Of a stretch of 45,922 nucleotides of DNA, positions 1-13,039 are shown one piece after another (within the stretch, counting starts at the first letter, position 1; each line of letters begins with the position of its first letter). The stretch comes from Octopus bimaculoides. Its lineage: Eukaryota. The stretch covers positions 118,483,073 through 118,528,994 of the forward strand of contig NC_068983.1 of NCBI RefSeq assembly GCF_001194135.2, read 5' to 3'. The notes below the pieces were generated by a model. The model saw only the letters and a list, made by a program, of their open reading frames with translations, was not told the DNA's origin and searched no databases. A program made the translations under genes and the position numbers.

Positions 1-3000
1 ATAATTGATAGTATAAAGCTATTTTCAGCCGCAAATGTATTCTTTCCCAAGAATTATATCCCAAAGAAGAAGTTAAAGGAGGGAGAAACATGAGAGATAA
101 AAGGTGAGATTCCACTTGGTATTGTCCATTGTAATATATATATATATACATATATATATATATGTATGTGTGTTTGTGTGTCTGTGTTTGTCCCACCACC
201 ATCACTTGACAACCGATGCTGGTGTGTTTACGTCCCCCGTAACTTAGCGGTTCGGCAAAAAGAGACCGATAGAATAAGTACTAGCCTTACAAAGAATAAG
301 TCCTGGGGTCGATTTTCTCGATTAAAGGCGGTGCTCCAGCATGGCCGCAGTCAAATGACTGAAACAAGTAAAAGAATAAAAGAATTCTGCCAATCTACCA
401 CCCTTAATTCTTTCTGATTTAGGCATAAGCAGGTAATATTAGCAGGAGTGAAGTTAGTGTTTAACTGATATTTTATTGGCCCTGCAGGGATCAAAGGCAA
501 AGCTGATCCTGGTGAAATTTGAACTGTGAAGATAAAGAACTTTTTTGGCCCTGAAGGGACAAACGGCAAAGCTGACCTTGGTGAAATGTGAACTCGGAAC
601 ATAAAGAGCAAAAACCTCACTTTAATGGCCCTGGAAGGATGAAAGGTAAAGCTGGCCCTAGTGAAATCTGAACTCAGAACAAATACCTCAAGGCTCCCCC
701 CCCCACCCAATGTGCTCTAACACTTCTGAAAATGAAAAAAAACATTGAAATGAGGAAAATGCATATTTGTAAGAAATAAAACTATGAGTTAAGAAGAAAT
801 TACTTTCATTTAATAATTAACATATAAAAATACAATGCATATTCCAACAACTAACTAAATACATTACAGTCAATAGTTGGATGACTTTGTTTCTGGGTTC
901 TTCAACATTTTAATAGATTTCTTTACAGAACATTAATTGAATTCAAGCATAAGCATTAAGGCACAATAAATGCCATTTAGCCTTCGTCAAATCAAAATTC
1001 TAACTAAAAAATTTGTAACCATTGCAGTGTGTGAGTGTATGTGAATATATATACTTATATATATGTGAACACACACATACATTTAAAATCCATTTGTCTT
1101 CATGCAGTAGTTTTCTTCTGAGGCTTGTGTTCATTTGCACATTTTGAGGCAAACACTGTTACTGTTTGACAGTATATAGGATGAGTAATGAAATGACAAT
1201 ATGTGGAATGATGACACTGTATGAACAATAATGCATTTCTAAGCATATGATATCTATATATATATATTAATTATTTACATGTAAATACAAATACAAAGAA
1301 ATATAAATATTTATTTGTAAGACTGGCACAAGGCCATATCTGTTGGGGGAGAGAGTGTAGTTGATTATATCAACTCCAGTACTTGACTGGTGCTTATTTT
1401 GTTGAGCTTGGAAGAATGAAAAGCAAAGTCGATTCAAGAGACTTAACCAAACGTGTTACTACAATTCTAATTTTAAACCTGTCTTTCTGATTTCAGTGGA
1501 AATTTCTCCGATAACTTTAGAGACTTGGCTTCACAAATTGTATACTTAATAAATATAAATAATTTATTTGAAGTTTTTCTGTTTAAATTTTTTACATCAA
1601 TATAAATAAGATCTTGTATCAAAATATTAATCAATTTTCAGAGCCTTGAAATTCTGCAGTCATGACAAAAACAAACACCTGCTAGAAAAGACTGGATTCT
1701 CGAAAGCATTCTGATAAGAACATAAAAAAAAAGAAGAAAAAAGAAACCGATAATCAGGAGATGAAAGTTACCAGATTTATTTGACCTGTTGGACACTTCA
1801 AATTGTATTTTATACTGTAATCAGTGCAGTATTTTAATTTAGTTATTCTGGTTCATAACTGCTACAGTTAAACTCTGTCAGCTTGGTTGGTAGAAGGAAG
1901 GGTAGCCTACAGTATGAGCAGTTTTTTCATATTATGTCAATCCACGATCAAAGTATTGAAAGATCATAACTCACCAATATTTTTTGGTTGAAACCTGTCC
2001 TCAGAAAAACAAAACTATACATAATAACTGACGCTAAACTTCAGTTACCATCCTATTTTCCTAAATCTAGTGCTAACTTTATTGTGTTAAAACAGCTCTG
2101 GATGACAATATACAAGTCAAGTCTAATTGTATACTTTCATCTGGTTACTCTGGAGCAGAAGCAGAATAGGACATGTTTTTTAATATCCTTTGCTACTCTT
2201 TGGAGTTTGTAAACTGGGATTTCTTTCTTTTATTTATTTATTATTATTTTTTTTAAATTCTTACATTCATTTAATCCCTTTACATTAAATATTTCTTTTT
2301 TAATCTTAATACAGACATCATTGTCAAACTAAACAGAAACCAATGCAATGAAGTACAGTGATGTGCTTCTTAACCTCTGTGGGTATGAACTGCTCTGGTA
2401 TGCTCAATATTTGATTATTTAGAGAGGCTGAGAAGAGAAAAGTATTATTTAGAAGAATTATAAGTTTTGATGATTATTTAGAAAATTTTACAAACTCATT
2501 AATATTTACAGTATTCATATCTACATTACATTTCCATCAGACGAGTATACTTTTATTTCTAAAATATGACTTATATTTTTTTCTACTAGGCTAATGGCTG
2601 TTATCGTCATTTAGTTCTGGTTTGTTACCATAGAACAAACATATGCTATGAAAGTATTTAGCTGTATGTGTACAAGCTGGTGACTCAGAAAATTCAACAC
2701 ATTGAAGTATCGAGATTTTGTTCATTTTATATATTACTAGGATTTTTCAATTGCAAAATGAGATAAAAGTCAACTTTTATTAAGTACACTTTTGATCAGC
2801 ATTTTGCCACTGAAGTGTGTCTGATCAAAACTGATTGTTTAACTAAACATCTGTTTTACCTTTAAATATGTATTATGAACATCTCAGGAATCATAAATTA
2901 GACTATTTGTTCTCAGCACTATGGGTAATATTTGGTTAAAAAACTCAAATAGAGGCTTCCTTGGCATATTTGCTGCAGAAGTTTCCTTACCTATGAGAGC

Positions 3001-3479
3001 AAAGGAAAATGTTCATTTCTTAGTCTATTTGAAATAATTACTAAATGGCTAAAATGGTAATCAAATAAGACTTAAAATTTTAAGACATAGTAATATGTCT
3101 TTTTTTTTTTCCTTCTTCTAATTTCAAAATATTTCTTTAAAATATTTCATATTGATTAAAGATTGACACAAATCTTTAAAAAGGATTTTTCAAATGTTCA
3201 TGTATAGAATATTACTACTAGTGTAATACAAAAACTAGGTGAGGCAGAGTTTTCTGGAATTTGATCAAACAATAAAAACTGTTGAGTGAGATTAGAATGA
3301 ATTTCAGCTCTCCAATTAACTATAACATTTTTTATCAATGGGCTTTAGATAATCATTATTTTATCTATATATGGCTATTGGACATTCTACCTTCATATCT
3401 ATGTATGGAAAATACTCAGCTAAAACTTGCTTCAGTTGCAAAGTCTAACAGTCTTAGATGTTGCTCATAGCATTGCCAT

Positions 3480-4210
3480 ACTTGTAGTTAAGAAAAAGTT
3501 AGCTGATGTGGAGGATTGGAAGCCATCAGAATACTGGAAAAGAGTTACCTGTATCATGATGATTTGCACTGACATCGTGACTGCTGCTCAGTGCCCTGTG
3601 AATACTATGAAGACATGGACAGCTTCAATAGAGACAATGAGGCTGTGGTTAGAAAGAAGGGAAGAAGCAGACATTCTGAGTGTGTCCACACATTGGTGTT
3701 CATCCAGCAACTGATGAACAGAGCCTTAGGTTCTGGAAAGCTGCTGGAAATTGGTCAAACCCTGGCTGGAGAAGGTTGCTGCTGGAAGGTTATGTGCATG
3801 GCAGCAGGATTCAGCTCCTTGCCATATCTCCAGAAAATGTCAGAAGTGGGTGTCAGAGAATTTCTATGACTTTGTCAACCCCGGTTTCTGGCTTCCTAAT
3901 TGTCCTGATTGTAATTTCATGGATTGCTATGTGTGGGGTGCAGTTGAGAAAGACACCAACCACTCTACCTGCACCACCAAGCCCAAGTTAGTGCCCAAGA
4001 TCAAGGAGGTATTCAAAGATCTTCCCAGAGACACAAGCAAGGGCTTTCGAGACTGTGGTGGAAGCTGAGAGCATCTACTTTGAGTAAACTGTTATCTCCC
4101 AGCCATAATCTAGTTAATATTTTTTTTTTTTAATACTTTTTATTTTTGGATGGGACATTGTATTTTTTACCCCTTTTATGTAAACTGTCAAATTTAGATA
4201 TACATCCTAT
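3480..4210 (+). mobile_element. Decayed Tc1/mariner transposase fragment, DD37D (maT/Bmmar1-type)
   Basis: ORF 3751-4068 contains WQQDSAPCH...WLPNCPDCNFMDCYVWG; I count 37 residues between the D of QQDS and the D of MDC. Confidence 0.8.
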
Positions 4211-7200
4211 CTCAGATGGTAGTGCTCCACACACACACGCAAGCATTTACACTGCACCTCCTCCTAATAAAAGCTGTCTAGCTGAGTGGCAGAGATTTAC
4301 TCACCAAACTGCTCACAAGTGAGCCACAGAAAGTACTGTTTCTCTATATCTCTTCTACCTGATATCTAAATCATCTATCTGGAATGTTGGTTAGTCCAGT
4401 CAAACCTGACAGAGACATATGATCAATGACATTCCAGTCATGACCATCCTGTTTTTGAGGGTATCTAGAGCTACATCATTCAGTATGACCTTTCCTTTTT
4501 AAAGATGGTAGACTGTAAGTTTAAGGCAATTTGGTTGCTATTTCTAGGAGACTAACCAACAACATAGAGGCTTACTTGTTGACTTGTCTTTCATATTAGT
4601 TGCTTCTTTAGAGCAATAAAAAAAACATCCTCTTTTGAAATGTTTGTATAGAATGTCTGTACTACAGTCTGACTTCATCTCATTATTCCTGATATTACCC
4701 CTATTCATCATCCTGAAATTCTAATTTTTATATGACTCACTATTTTATGTCTATTTATCCCTATCACTAACTTGCAATATATTTTCACATGATGTATAAA
4801 TTGTAATTCATCTCTATACTAGCATCTTTCCTACATTACTCAAAACTGCACTGATGCTGCTCAGTTGCTTTTCGATTCATATCTTTCAGTTTAAATGCCA
4901 TACTTTCACAATACACATTCTCCAGGTGATTATTTGCCTTTACTGGCCCCAGTCATTCTCATGTGGTAAGCCTCATAGTAAAACTCGCCTAATTTCTTTT
5001 ATTTTCTTCATACTTTGATTCCTATATAAAAGAATAATATTTGTAGCACTCTCTCTCTCTCTCTTTCAGGCACTCTTATGAAAAAGTAAGCATTGCATTG
5101 ATTCCAGTGACTTATAGGGTCAGTTACACAACATTCTCCCCACCAATCAAATTGAATGTCACTTTGTCACAGGGTTTCTAATAACTGAGTGGACTGGAGC
5201 AATATTGAAAGAAGTGTTTTGCTCAGGAATACAATGCACTGCCCAGTCTGGGAATTGAAATCACAATCTTACAATCAAGAGTGCAGCATCTTACCCACTA
5301 AGCCACGTGCCTTCACACATGTACATTCAAACAATCACATAGTGTGTACATTTTTTTTATGAATTACAATTTATCAAATGTATTAATTTAGCCAATGATG
5401 ATCATCATCATCGCAATATAATAAAAACAAAGACACTGTTAACTACAGAGGGTAGCACATGTATGTTGCTAACAATGTTAATTTAATCATTTCCCTGTAA
5501 TCTGGAAGTTTAATGAAATGATAGAACATTATGGAACCTAGGCAAAGTTTAATTTTAAAATTAAGCGCAGGAAAAACATTTGAAATCTGTAGGATCTAAT
5601 GGATAAAATTCTGTTAGTGAGGGAAAAATCAAAATTCTATTAGTGAGGTGAGAAACCATTTTGAAAATTAACTTCAAAATTTGTTTTTAACTTTAGTAGT
5701 TAAAAAGAGGATTTAATTTTAGTCTTGCTTATAAAATCTATCTTTTGAATTTTGCTTAGCAAAGCAAATTCTTTGAGAAAACAGTTAATGAAAGGAAAAT
5801 TACATGATATTTATTAACAGTTGATAACTTTTAATTTTAGAAAATGTGAAAAATTTCAGCAATATATCTAACTGTTTTGTTTTTTATTTTTATGAACCAT
5901 TTTAATTTGTACAATAATATCAGAGATAATAATCAGAGTAAAGCACTTTTTTTAATGCATATTAGTAAACAGTAACAGAATTAATCCCACTCCACATCAT
6001 AAATGAGATAAAATTGTTGTTTAATCCTAGATCAATCTTGATTAAACATATTTTTGATCAAAGGAATTCTGGCCATTACAGAAACTTCTTTTTCTTGATA
6101 TTTATACTTAGGACTATATTATCTAGTATGTTCTTAATTTTCTAAAATGTAAAAGGGTGTGATTTGACTGCTAATTTTAGCATGACAAGTGACTGGAACT
6201 GTCTCTTTTGAATCTAGTTTTGTTACATAAATTATAAAGAAAGAACATGACTGATCAGTTGCTTATCACTGTAAGATGACAGTAAACCAATATAGGCAAA
6301 AATTAAGTGCTTTCTGTTAAGATGGTACTGGATTAGCATTTCTAAACACTTTGTCAAATTTTGCAATCACTCATACTATACATATTGAAATATTTTTTAA
6401 ATCATAACAAATAGGATTTTTAAATGTCAATTCTGTTTTAGAATACCTTTTATTTTCTTTTATTATTCTCTTATTTTTTAAAATCTAATATCATTTTTTA
6501 AATTTGTACATTTTACTGTTTGGTTTGCCAATATAATATTATTCAAAACATACTCTGTAAAATATCTTGCAATACAACTTAAGGTATCTTTCAAAATGTT
6601 TTATTAATTATTAATTACATATCACATCGCATATAATCCAGGTAAATAATAATAGTTTGTTTTTTTTTTGTATTTTTTTTTTTTACCTTTTCATAGAAAA
6701 TTATGATTATTTAGATATTTTACTTACAACTTTCAACATAGCTGGGATATAGGGCAGGTTCTAAAAGTTATTTTATATAAATTTTGTTGTATCGTAAACT
6801 TAATGCTAAATTGCTTTGGGGGTGGGTTTTAGTATGCAATTTTATTACTGCCATCTACTGAATTTGAAAACAAATTTTTAAGTACATTTATTCTATTCTT
6901 TATTTATTTTTTGCAATATGTTTATCAAATTCCTATAAAATATGAACGGGACTCTTAGTACATGAAGCAATTTACACAGATGAATTCTAGAAAAAAAATG
7001 GTTGATGCACTTAAAAGCTTACATATTAGGTAATTTAGTTTCCATTATATAACATCTATTTTCTAATTATGTAAAACAAATGTCAGACTCTCTCTGTTTT
7101 AATAATTAAATTTCTACTTTTGGTAATATATAGCAACCAGTTTTTGAAATAATTCTTGCAGATTAATTTATACACCTTTCATGAACTTAGGTCTGTAGAA

Positions 7201-7258
7201 ATTTTCAAATACTGTGTTATATGAATTTTGAATATTTTTTTTACATTCATACTTATTA

Positions 7259-7293
7259 TAGTAGTAGTAGTAGTAGTAGTAGTGGTAGTAGTA
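7259..7293. repeat. (GTA)n microsatellite; many other simple repeats, e.g. (TA)n ~7895-7945, 9280-9320, 20430-20497, 43585-43657; (AAT)n 25828-25874, 26100-26143; (CA/TG)n 30940-30992, 32866-32912, 39778-39817; (TACA)n 36170-36212
   Basis: Direct reading; explains the poly-V, poly-I and HT/CV-repeat ORFs in the track. Confidence 0.95.
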
Positions 7294-7808
7294 TTGTATT
7301 CTGGTTTCGATATCAGCAGAATTATTTTGAACAATGCTGACATTATAAAGACTGTCTTTAAGGAATTAGAGCAAAAAAAAAAAAAATTTGAGAAGAAAAT
7401 ACTCTTTATACTAAACATGTTGACTTTCAACTTCATTTTATAACATTTTGACTAAGTACAATGCCCTATATTTATAGGGAAGGGGAAATGGGAATTTGAA
7501 TTTCATGCCTCTTTCCAAGTGTATAAGTGATATAAAGTAAAATGAAAGGGTTTCATTTTACATCTGAAACAGAGTTTTGTGGACTTGGCTTGCCGAGAGC
7601 TTACCTGTGCACTATAGTGCTCACCTTTGTTTTGTTCATCATATTTTCTGATATTTTATGGTAATATTTGGCATGGTTGCATACTCATGTAACTTCCCCC
7701 CATTTACATATTTACACTCACATATACATAATGTTTTTCATAATGTATTGTGTAATTTTACAATCAATATTCTGCCAATACTTTTTATCCTTTAAGATAT
7801 CAGTTGTC

Positions 7809-7814
7809 TTTATT
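7809..7814 (-). terminator. Candidate polyadenylation signal AATAAA for the minus-strand gene
   Basis: tttatt on the + strand ~570 nt beyond the stop codon; such hexamers are common in AT-rich DNA. Confidence 0.3.
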
Positions 7815-8386
7815 CCTGTAATTCCTAGCTAAGGTATTATTTTTAATATGTTGGATTATATAATCTTGGTATATACATCTATCTACTCATATTACATATA
7901 TATATATATATATATATATATAGATATATATATATATATATATATATGAAATGATTTTAACACTGTGCATGGCATAAATAAATTTTGTTACATAATATCG
8001 TTGAAACTAATGCTTGATGCAGATACTGATTGTTTTTGTATTTTTGAGTTATGAAACCATAGAAACCAATTATGTAGAAAGCCCAATGGTTAAAAAGTGA
8101 TCAGTCAAGAAATGAAGTTTTGTTTTGTTGTTGGATTGATATTCAAACTTTTATATATATATATATGTATATATATATTATACATTTTAGATTAACTTAG
8201 TTTGGAAGACTGAACTTTTGAAATTGTTTTCAGTAACTTCTGCAATGGTTGATTATTTCATGAGGTTCCTGCTTCTTTCTTTTTTTTTTTTTTTTTTTTT
8301 TTTTTTTATCCATTATTGTTCCTCAGATAGTTTTTGCTCCTAGAATGAATAGCTATAACTGACATTGTGTAATGAAAAGAATTATT

Positions 8387-9196
8387 TTAAAATGCAAAAT
8401 TCGGTAAGCTCTTATCACGGGTAACTTCACCACCACAACTATCAACAGATGTCTGAAATCCATTTATTAGCAATTGTGAAGCAGATTTGCCAACAGCAGG
8501 GATTAATGCTTGTCCATTTTGGGTGCTAGATTTATTAGGGAGTGGATTTTCTATTTGTCTCTCAGAGACAGGTATAGAGTAGTGGTCTGGTTTAGGAACC
8601 TTGCTGTGAGAATACATTACCTTTGGGCTGATTTTACCAGAAGAAGAAGGCTTTTGCTCAGCAGGATCTTTTACAATCAAATCTTCTTCACTTATGTGGA
8701 GCTTAATATTATAGCTATCCTCACTGTCACTGGAAGAATGGTTGGAACTTGAGAGCATTGAAGTTGAAGAATGCTCATCATTATTAAAAGTGTCAGTTTC
8801 AAGAGGCCCATCACATTTCAAATGACTATCACAAGGCAAATTCTTATTCAAATTATGGTTACATCCTTCAACAGGAAGATTTGGTTGACTGTGGTTTGGT
8901 TCAGCATATATCACTTGAGTTTCAGGTAAAGCAATATCTAGACCATTGGAAAGAGTTTCTTTATCTGTAAGCTGAGTAGCAGAAGACACAGCAGATAAAC
9001 GGTGCCGTTTAGGAAGCTTTAATACACCATTCTGAGTGTCATTTACTCTTTCTTTTGGCAACTTGTTAGATGAGAAGCTCTGCATAAGTTTGGTATTCCC
9101 ATTTGGAATGCATCTTTCATTGTAGCTCACTGACGGTACCTCACTGAATGTACTCTCTTGGATATTATTCGTATAACATTCATCAGTTGTTTTCCT
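8387..9196 (-). CDS. Terminal coding exon, 269 aa Ser/Asn/Pro-rich cytoplasmic tail RKTTDECY...DKSLPNFAF*
   Basis: Longest clean ORF in the window (810 nt incl. TAA); acceptor ttttcctttttgcag|AGG in phase 0 matches the upstream donor; low-complexity composition. Confidence 0.9.
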   Translation of the reverse strand, partial: RKTTDECYTNNIQESTFSEVPSVSYNERCIPNGNTKLMQSFSSNKLPKERVNDTQNGVLKLPKRHRLSAVSSATQLTDKETLSNGLDIALPETQVIYAEPNHSQPNLPVEGCNHNLNKNLPCDSHLKCDGPLETDTFNNDEHSSTSMLSSSNHSSSDSEDSYNIKLHISEEDLIVKDPAEQKPSSSGKISPKVMYSHSKVPKPDHYSIPVSERQIENPLPNKSSTQNGQALIPAVGKSASQLLINGFQTSVDSCGGEVTRDKSLPNFAF

Positions 9197-9284
9197 CTGC
9201 AAAAAGGAAAAAAAAAATTTTTAGACCAAATTTAGCAAAATCTTTATATCATGATTAATTTTATGATTACATTTAACAAATATA

Positions 9285-9322
<38 letters not shown>

Positions 9323-9655
9323 GAGAAATATATATATTAAGATAAATATTAATGATTACTTTTTAAGTGACTCCTTTGTATAAGTGAGGTAGAAATATTA
9401 TTTGATTGCTGAGATATTGCAATGATCTTATTGAAGTTTCTTATTACCTTCTTAAAAAATTAGAGCCAAAAGATGAAAATTCAGCCACATTGAGTATTTA
9501 AATATATAAACATATTCTCACAATGGATTTTTTTCTTTATATTGTGTAATACTAAGACTTTCCTCACTTCTTTTTTAAACATTTGATCCAGTTTTTTTCT
9601 CTCTTTTAACATCTAAAACTGGAGTATTTTTGAAAAAAGTTGCTTGACAGTCTAT

Positions 9656-9962
9656 CATCATCATCATCATCATCATCGTTTAACGTCCGCTTTCCATGCT
9701 AGCATGGGTTGGACGATTTGACTGAGGACTGGTGAAACCGGATGGCAACACCAGGCTTCAATCTAATTTGGCAGAGTTTCTACAGCTGGATGCCCTTCCT
9801 AAGGCCAACCACTCAGAGAGTGTAGTGGGTGCTTTTACGTGTCACCCGCACGAAAACGGCCACGCTCGAAATGGTGTCTTTTATGTGCCACCTGCACAAG
9901 AGCCAGTCCAGAGGCACTGGCAACGATCTCGCTCGAAAACCCTACAAAGGCCAGTCTATGAT
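9656..9962 (-). mobile_element. RTE-LINE 3' tail copy (antisense)
   Basis: Starts (CAT)n-cgtttaacgtccgctttccatgctagcatgggttggacg, the reverse complement of the tail at 14100-14279 and 27700-27832. Confidence 0.85.
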
Positions 9963-12900
9963 GATCTATAAAGGTATTGCTTATCTCTTGCTTGTGTACC
10001 ATTTAGCAGATGATAGAAAAATGTCACTCTGGTTAGAAGGCAGGTCCACAACAACAAAAGTCTGGTACCTATACCTAGTAGCATAAACTAAAGCATTTAG
10101 AATCTAGTGTCTTGCTCAAGGTATGAACACACAATTCTTGAACTGATCTTCCAAGTAACATTTTGTCTTAAACCAATATACTAGATATGATGAAGAAAAT
10201 AAATTAAATAAATTAAAGGTTTGGTGTCACAATGCACGTAAAAAAGGACATTTATACAGTCTAAGTAAGTGACTCTCTTCTTAAGACTTTGAGTAATTAG
10301 AATAAGAATATTCTAATTGCTATAAATGTTCATTTCTTTTGACTATATTCAAAGCCTTATCTGTTTTATAGCACTGTAAACAGAATCTCATGATACACAT
10401 AAATTAAGTGAGACAGCATCAACCAAATATTAAAATCACATCATGGTTTCAGCTTGTCATATGACCTGTGAGAATATTATTTAGATAAGACACTAATGCG
10501 CAGTTTAATTTAGCTCTCTTTTACTCCTTTCAATCCAGGTTTAGAGGATATAATAAATGGTAAGATTCTTGACGTAGGTGTTCAATAAATGAGATACTCC
10601 TGATACCACTAAAATTCTTATTAAATGACACACCTAATGTCCAGTTAAGTACATTGGAGGTGGCTAAGGTGTTTAATCTTTAGTCATGAGGGTTAAAACA
10701 AATTGAAGAACTTCTGACTCTTCAAATGATAAAATTTAACAATTAAATTTTTTTGTTGCTCATTAAAATTTCCCAACAAAGTTCATCTGACTTTTCAAGG
10801 AATTTTATGTACTATTCTCTGAAAAATCCAATGAACTTTCAAGAAAAGAATTAGTTGAATAAGTTTTTTTGTTATAGAAAGAAATATCTTTTTGCACGTT
10901 CTGTAAAATGTAAAAAATAAACTAAACTGTAAAACAGAAACATCAACCAACAAGCTTTGCATTGTCTTCTTCTTTACTTTAACTTTATCTTTATATATGT
11001 AACTATCAATATATTGTCACCTTCATTATTAATATATTGCAGAAATATACTGAAATATTGTAAATGTAGACTTATAAGGATATATTATTCGTTTACTTTA
11101 TTGATTTGAACTCAGCTGTGAAAATTGTTTAATAAATCAAACTTTAGACCTTATAAACTATTCACATTTCATTCAAGATCATGAATTTCAAGTTTATCAA
11201 TATAAAGTGGAAAATATTGAACCAGTGATAGAAAAATTAAAGATGAGGAAGGAATAAGTGAGAAGACTTATTTGCTCATTTTCATTTCTATCAGATTTTA
11301 GATTCAACAAGAGTACATGTTCATGCAAAGATCAAGTTCATGCAAACATGCAGAGCATAGTGTTTGTTGCTTTTTTGAAACCAGCTAAACAACATGCAGT
11401 TATGTATTGGTTTACATATTAGAATACCATCTTAATCAGACCAGCTGAAAAGGTGTGTGTACACACACAAACAGGTTTGCTTAATATATCTGAAAAAGAA
11501 AGAAGTATTTTGGTAAATATATTTTATAATACTATTTATAAACCTTAAAGATGTATATTAACAAATATCAAATGATACTGAAATAAATGCATTGATAAGT
11601 GACTCAAGTAAAAGCAATATATATACGACACCATATGATAAATAATATCTAAAGATGACAAACAGCAACAACATCAAAAACATGGGTGGGATTTATAAGA
11701 AAAGAAATAACAAAATGAAACAATTACATGGAAAGCAGTCTACAATTTGGAACATTTTTCTTATTAATATATTTCATAAAAGAATAACCCAACAACAAAG
11801 ATACATTGATTAAAAATAATAAAGCAGAAAACAAATGATAGATGATGTAATTTATAACTGTTTTTGTCATTGACAACTGCATTAGTTGTTTAGGTTACAT
11901 GAATCTAAATGTAGGTGTACTGGGTATGTAGTACAATGACATAGTCTAAACAATATTTTAGGAATTAATTTTTATAGACGGAAAAGCTATTACATACAAA
12001 GTTAGGGACTGGAATACTTATAGAATGTCTCTTGAAAGCAGCATTGCACTGGGGCCTTTGTAAAAGACAACTCGTGCTGGTTTGATACACACCCCACCAC
12101 AATAAGCATTAAGAGTTCTGTATAATTCACAAGTGCTTTGTTAGCATGTAGTTCTGAGTTCAAATTCTTCTATGGAGAATGTAGACAGATATTTCTAGAA
12201 ATACAACCCTGACAAACTGGGAAGTTGTGACAATCATGTCAGACACAAGAAGCATTAGTGCTGCAACAAAAATAATATGGCTCCCATTAGATCTGAAAAC
12301 TGAGATGAGGATTTAGTTTTCTTGATTTCCTCTGCTGCTATTCACAACAATGGTATAAGGCCAGAACTTTGGAGGAACGGGGTTGGTCAATTAAATCAGT
12401 TCCAATACTTAACTGGTACTTTGTAGGGCTGGTGCTAGGAAGTGCAGGGCCCAATTAGAGAATTTTCAGTGGGATCCTCTACTCTACAAAAGCAAAGATT
12501 GATGTTTTATGCTTTGTGTAGTATGCCAATCCCAGCTGAAAAGAGTTGAGGGCTTGAGGCTCTACCATTAGTCACAATGATATACTAATTGAAAGCTCAT
12601 ATGAAAGTTTTTAATGTTTTATTACAAGAAGTCAAACCTGTATACGGAAACTTCTCTTGGTGCAAGGCCAAATTTGAACAAATCTGTCTAATTGGCTTAA
12701 AATCAGGCCAGGTACTTTGTTTTATCAATCTTAGAAAGTTGAATGGCAAAGTTGACCTTGGTAGAATTTGAATTCAGAAAATAAAGAGCCATAACCAAAT
12801 ATTATAAAGCATTTTGTCTGACACTCTAATGATTCTGTAAATCTCTCTGCTGACATTTGCAATAATAACAAGAATAATGATCTGACAGTACCCAAGCATG

Positions 12901-13039
12901 GTCCCAGCCAGTAGGCTGTCAACAGTACTTCTGACAATTGTATAAGCCTACAAATTTAGGGAAGAGGTAAAATCACCATTGATTTCATCCAATTTCAGAT
13001 TTCAAGTTACTTATCAAGTCAAATTTATGGAAAGTCTTT

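Larger units (their letters stand above)
1497..7443 (+). pseudogene. Weak candidate plus-strand exon chain (1497-1539, 1642-1804, 2315-2382, 2590-2679, 6959-7029, 7317/7320-7443), convergent with the EGF-like gene
   Basis: GT-AG pairs whose phases can be chained, but the chained frame has many stops and no recognisable homology. Confidence 0.2.

Noticed and set aside
7179-7443. Poly-Val and poly-Thr ORFs, and the HT/CV/YI-repeat ORFs throughout 26-44 kb
   Set aside because: Translations of (GTA)n, (CA)n and (TA)n microsatellites.
8510-8752. 80-aa plus-strand ORF
   Set aside because: Antisense shadow of the real terminal exon; no splice or start context.
9732-10086. Recurrent ORFs such as LQSDLAEFLQLDALPNANH at several loci
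   Set aside because: Antisense translations of the RTE 3' tail repeat, not a gene family.
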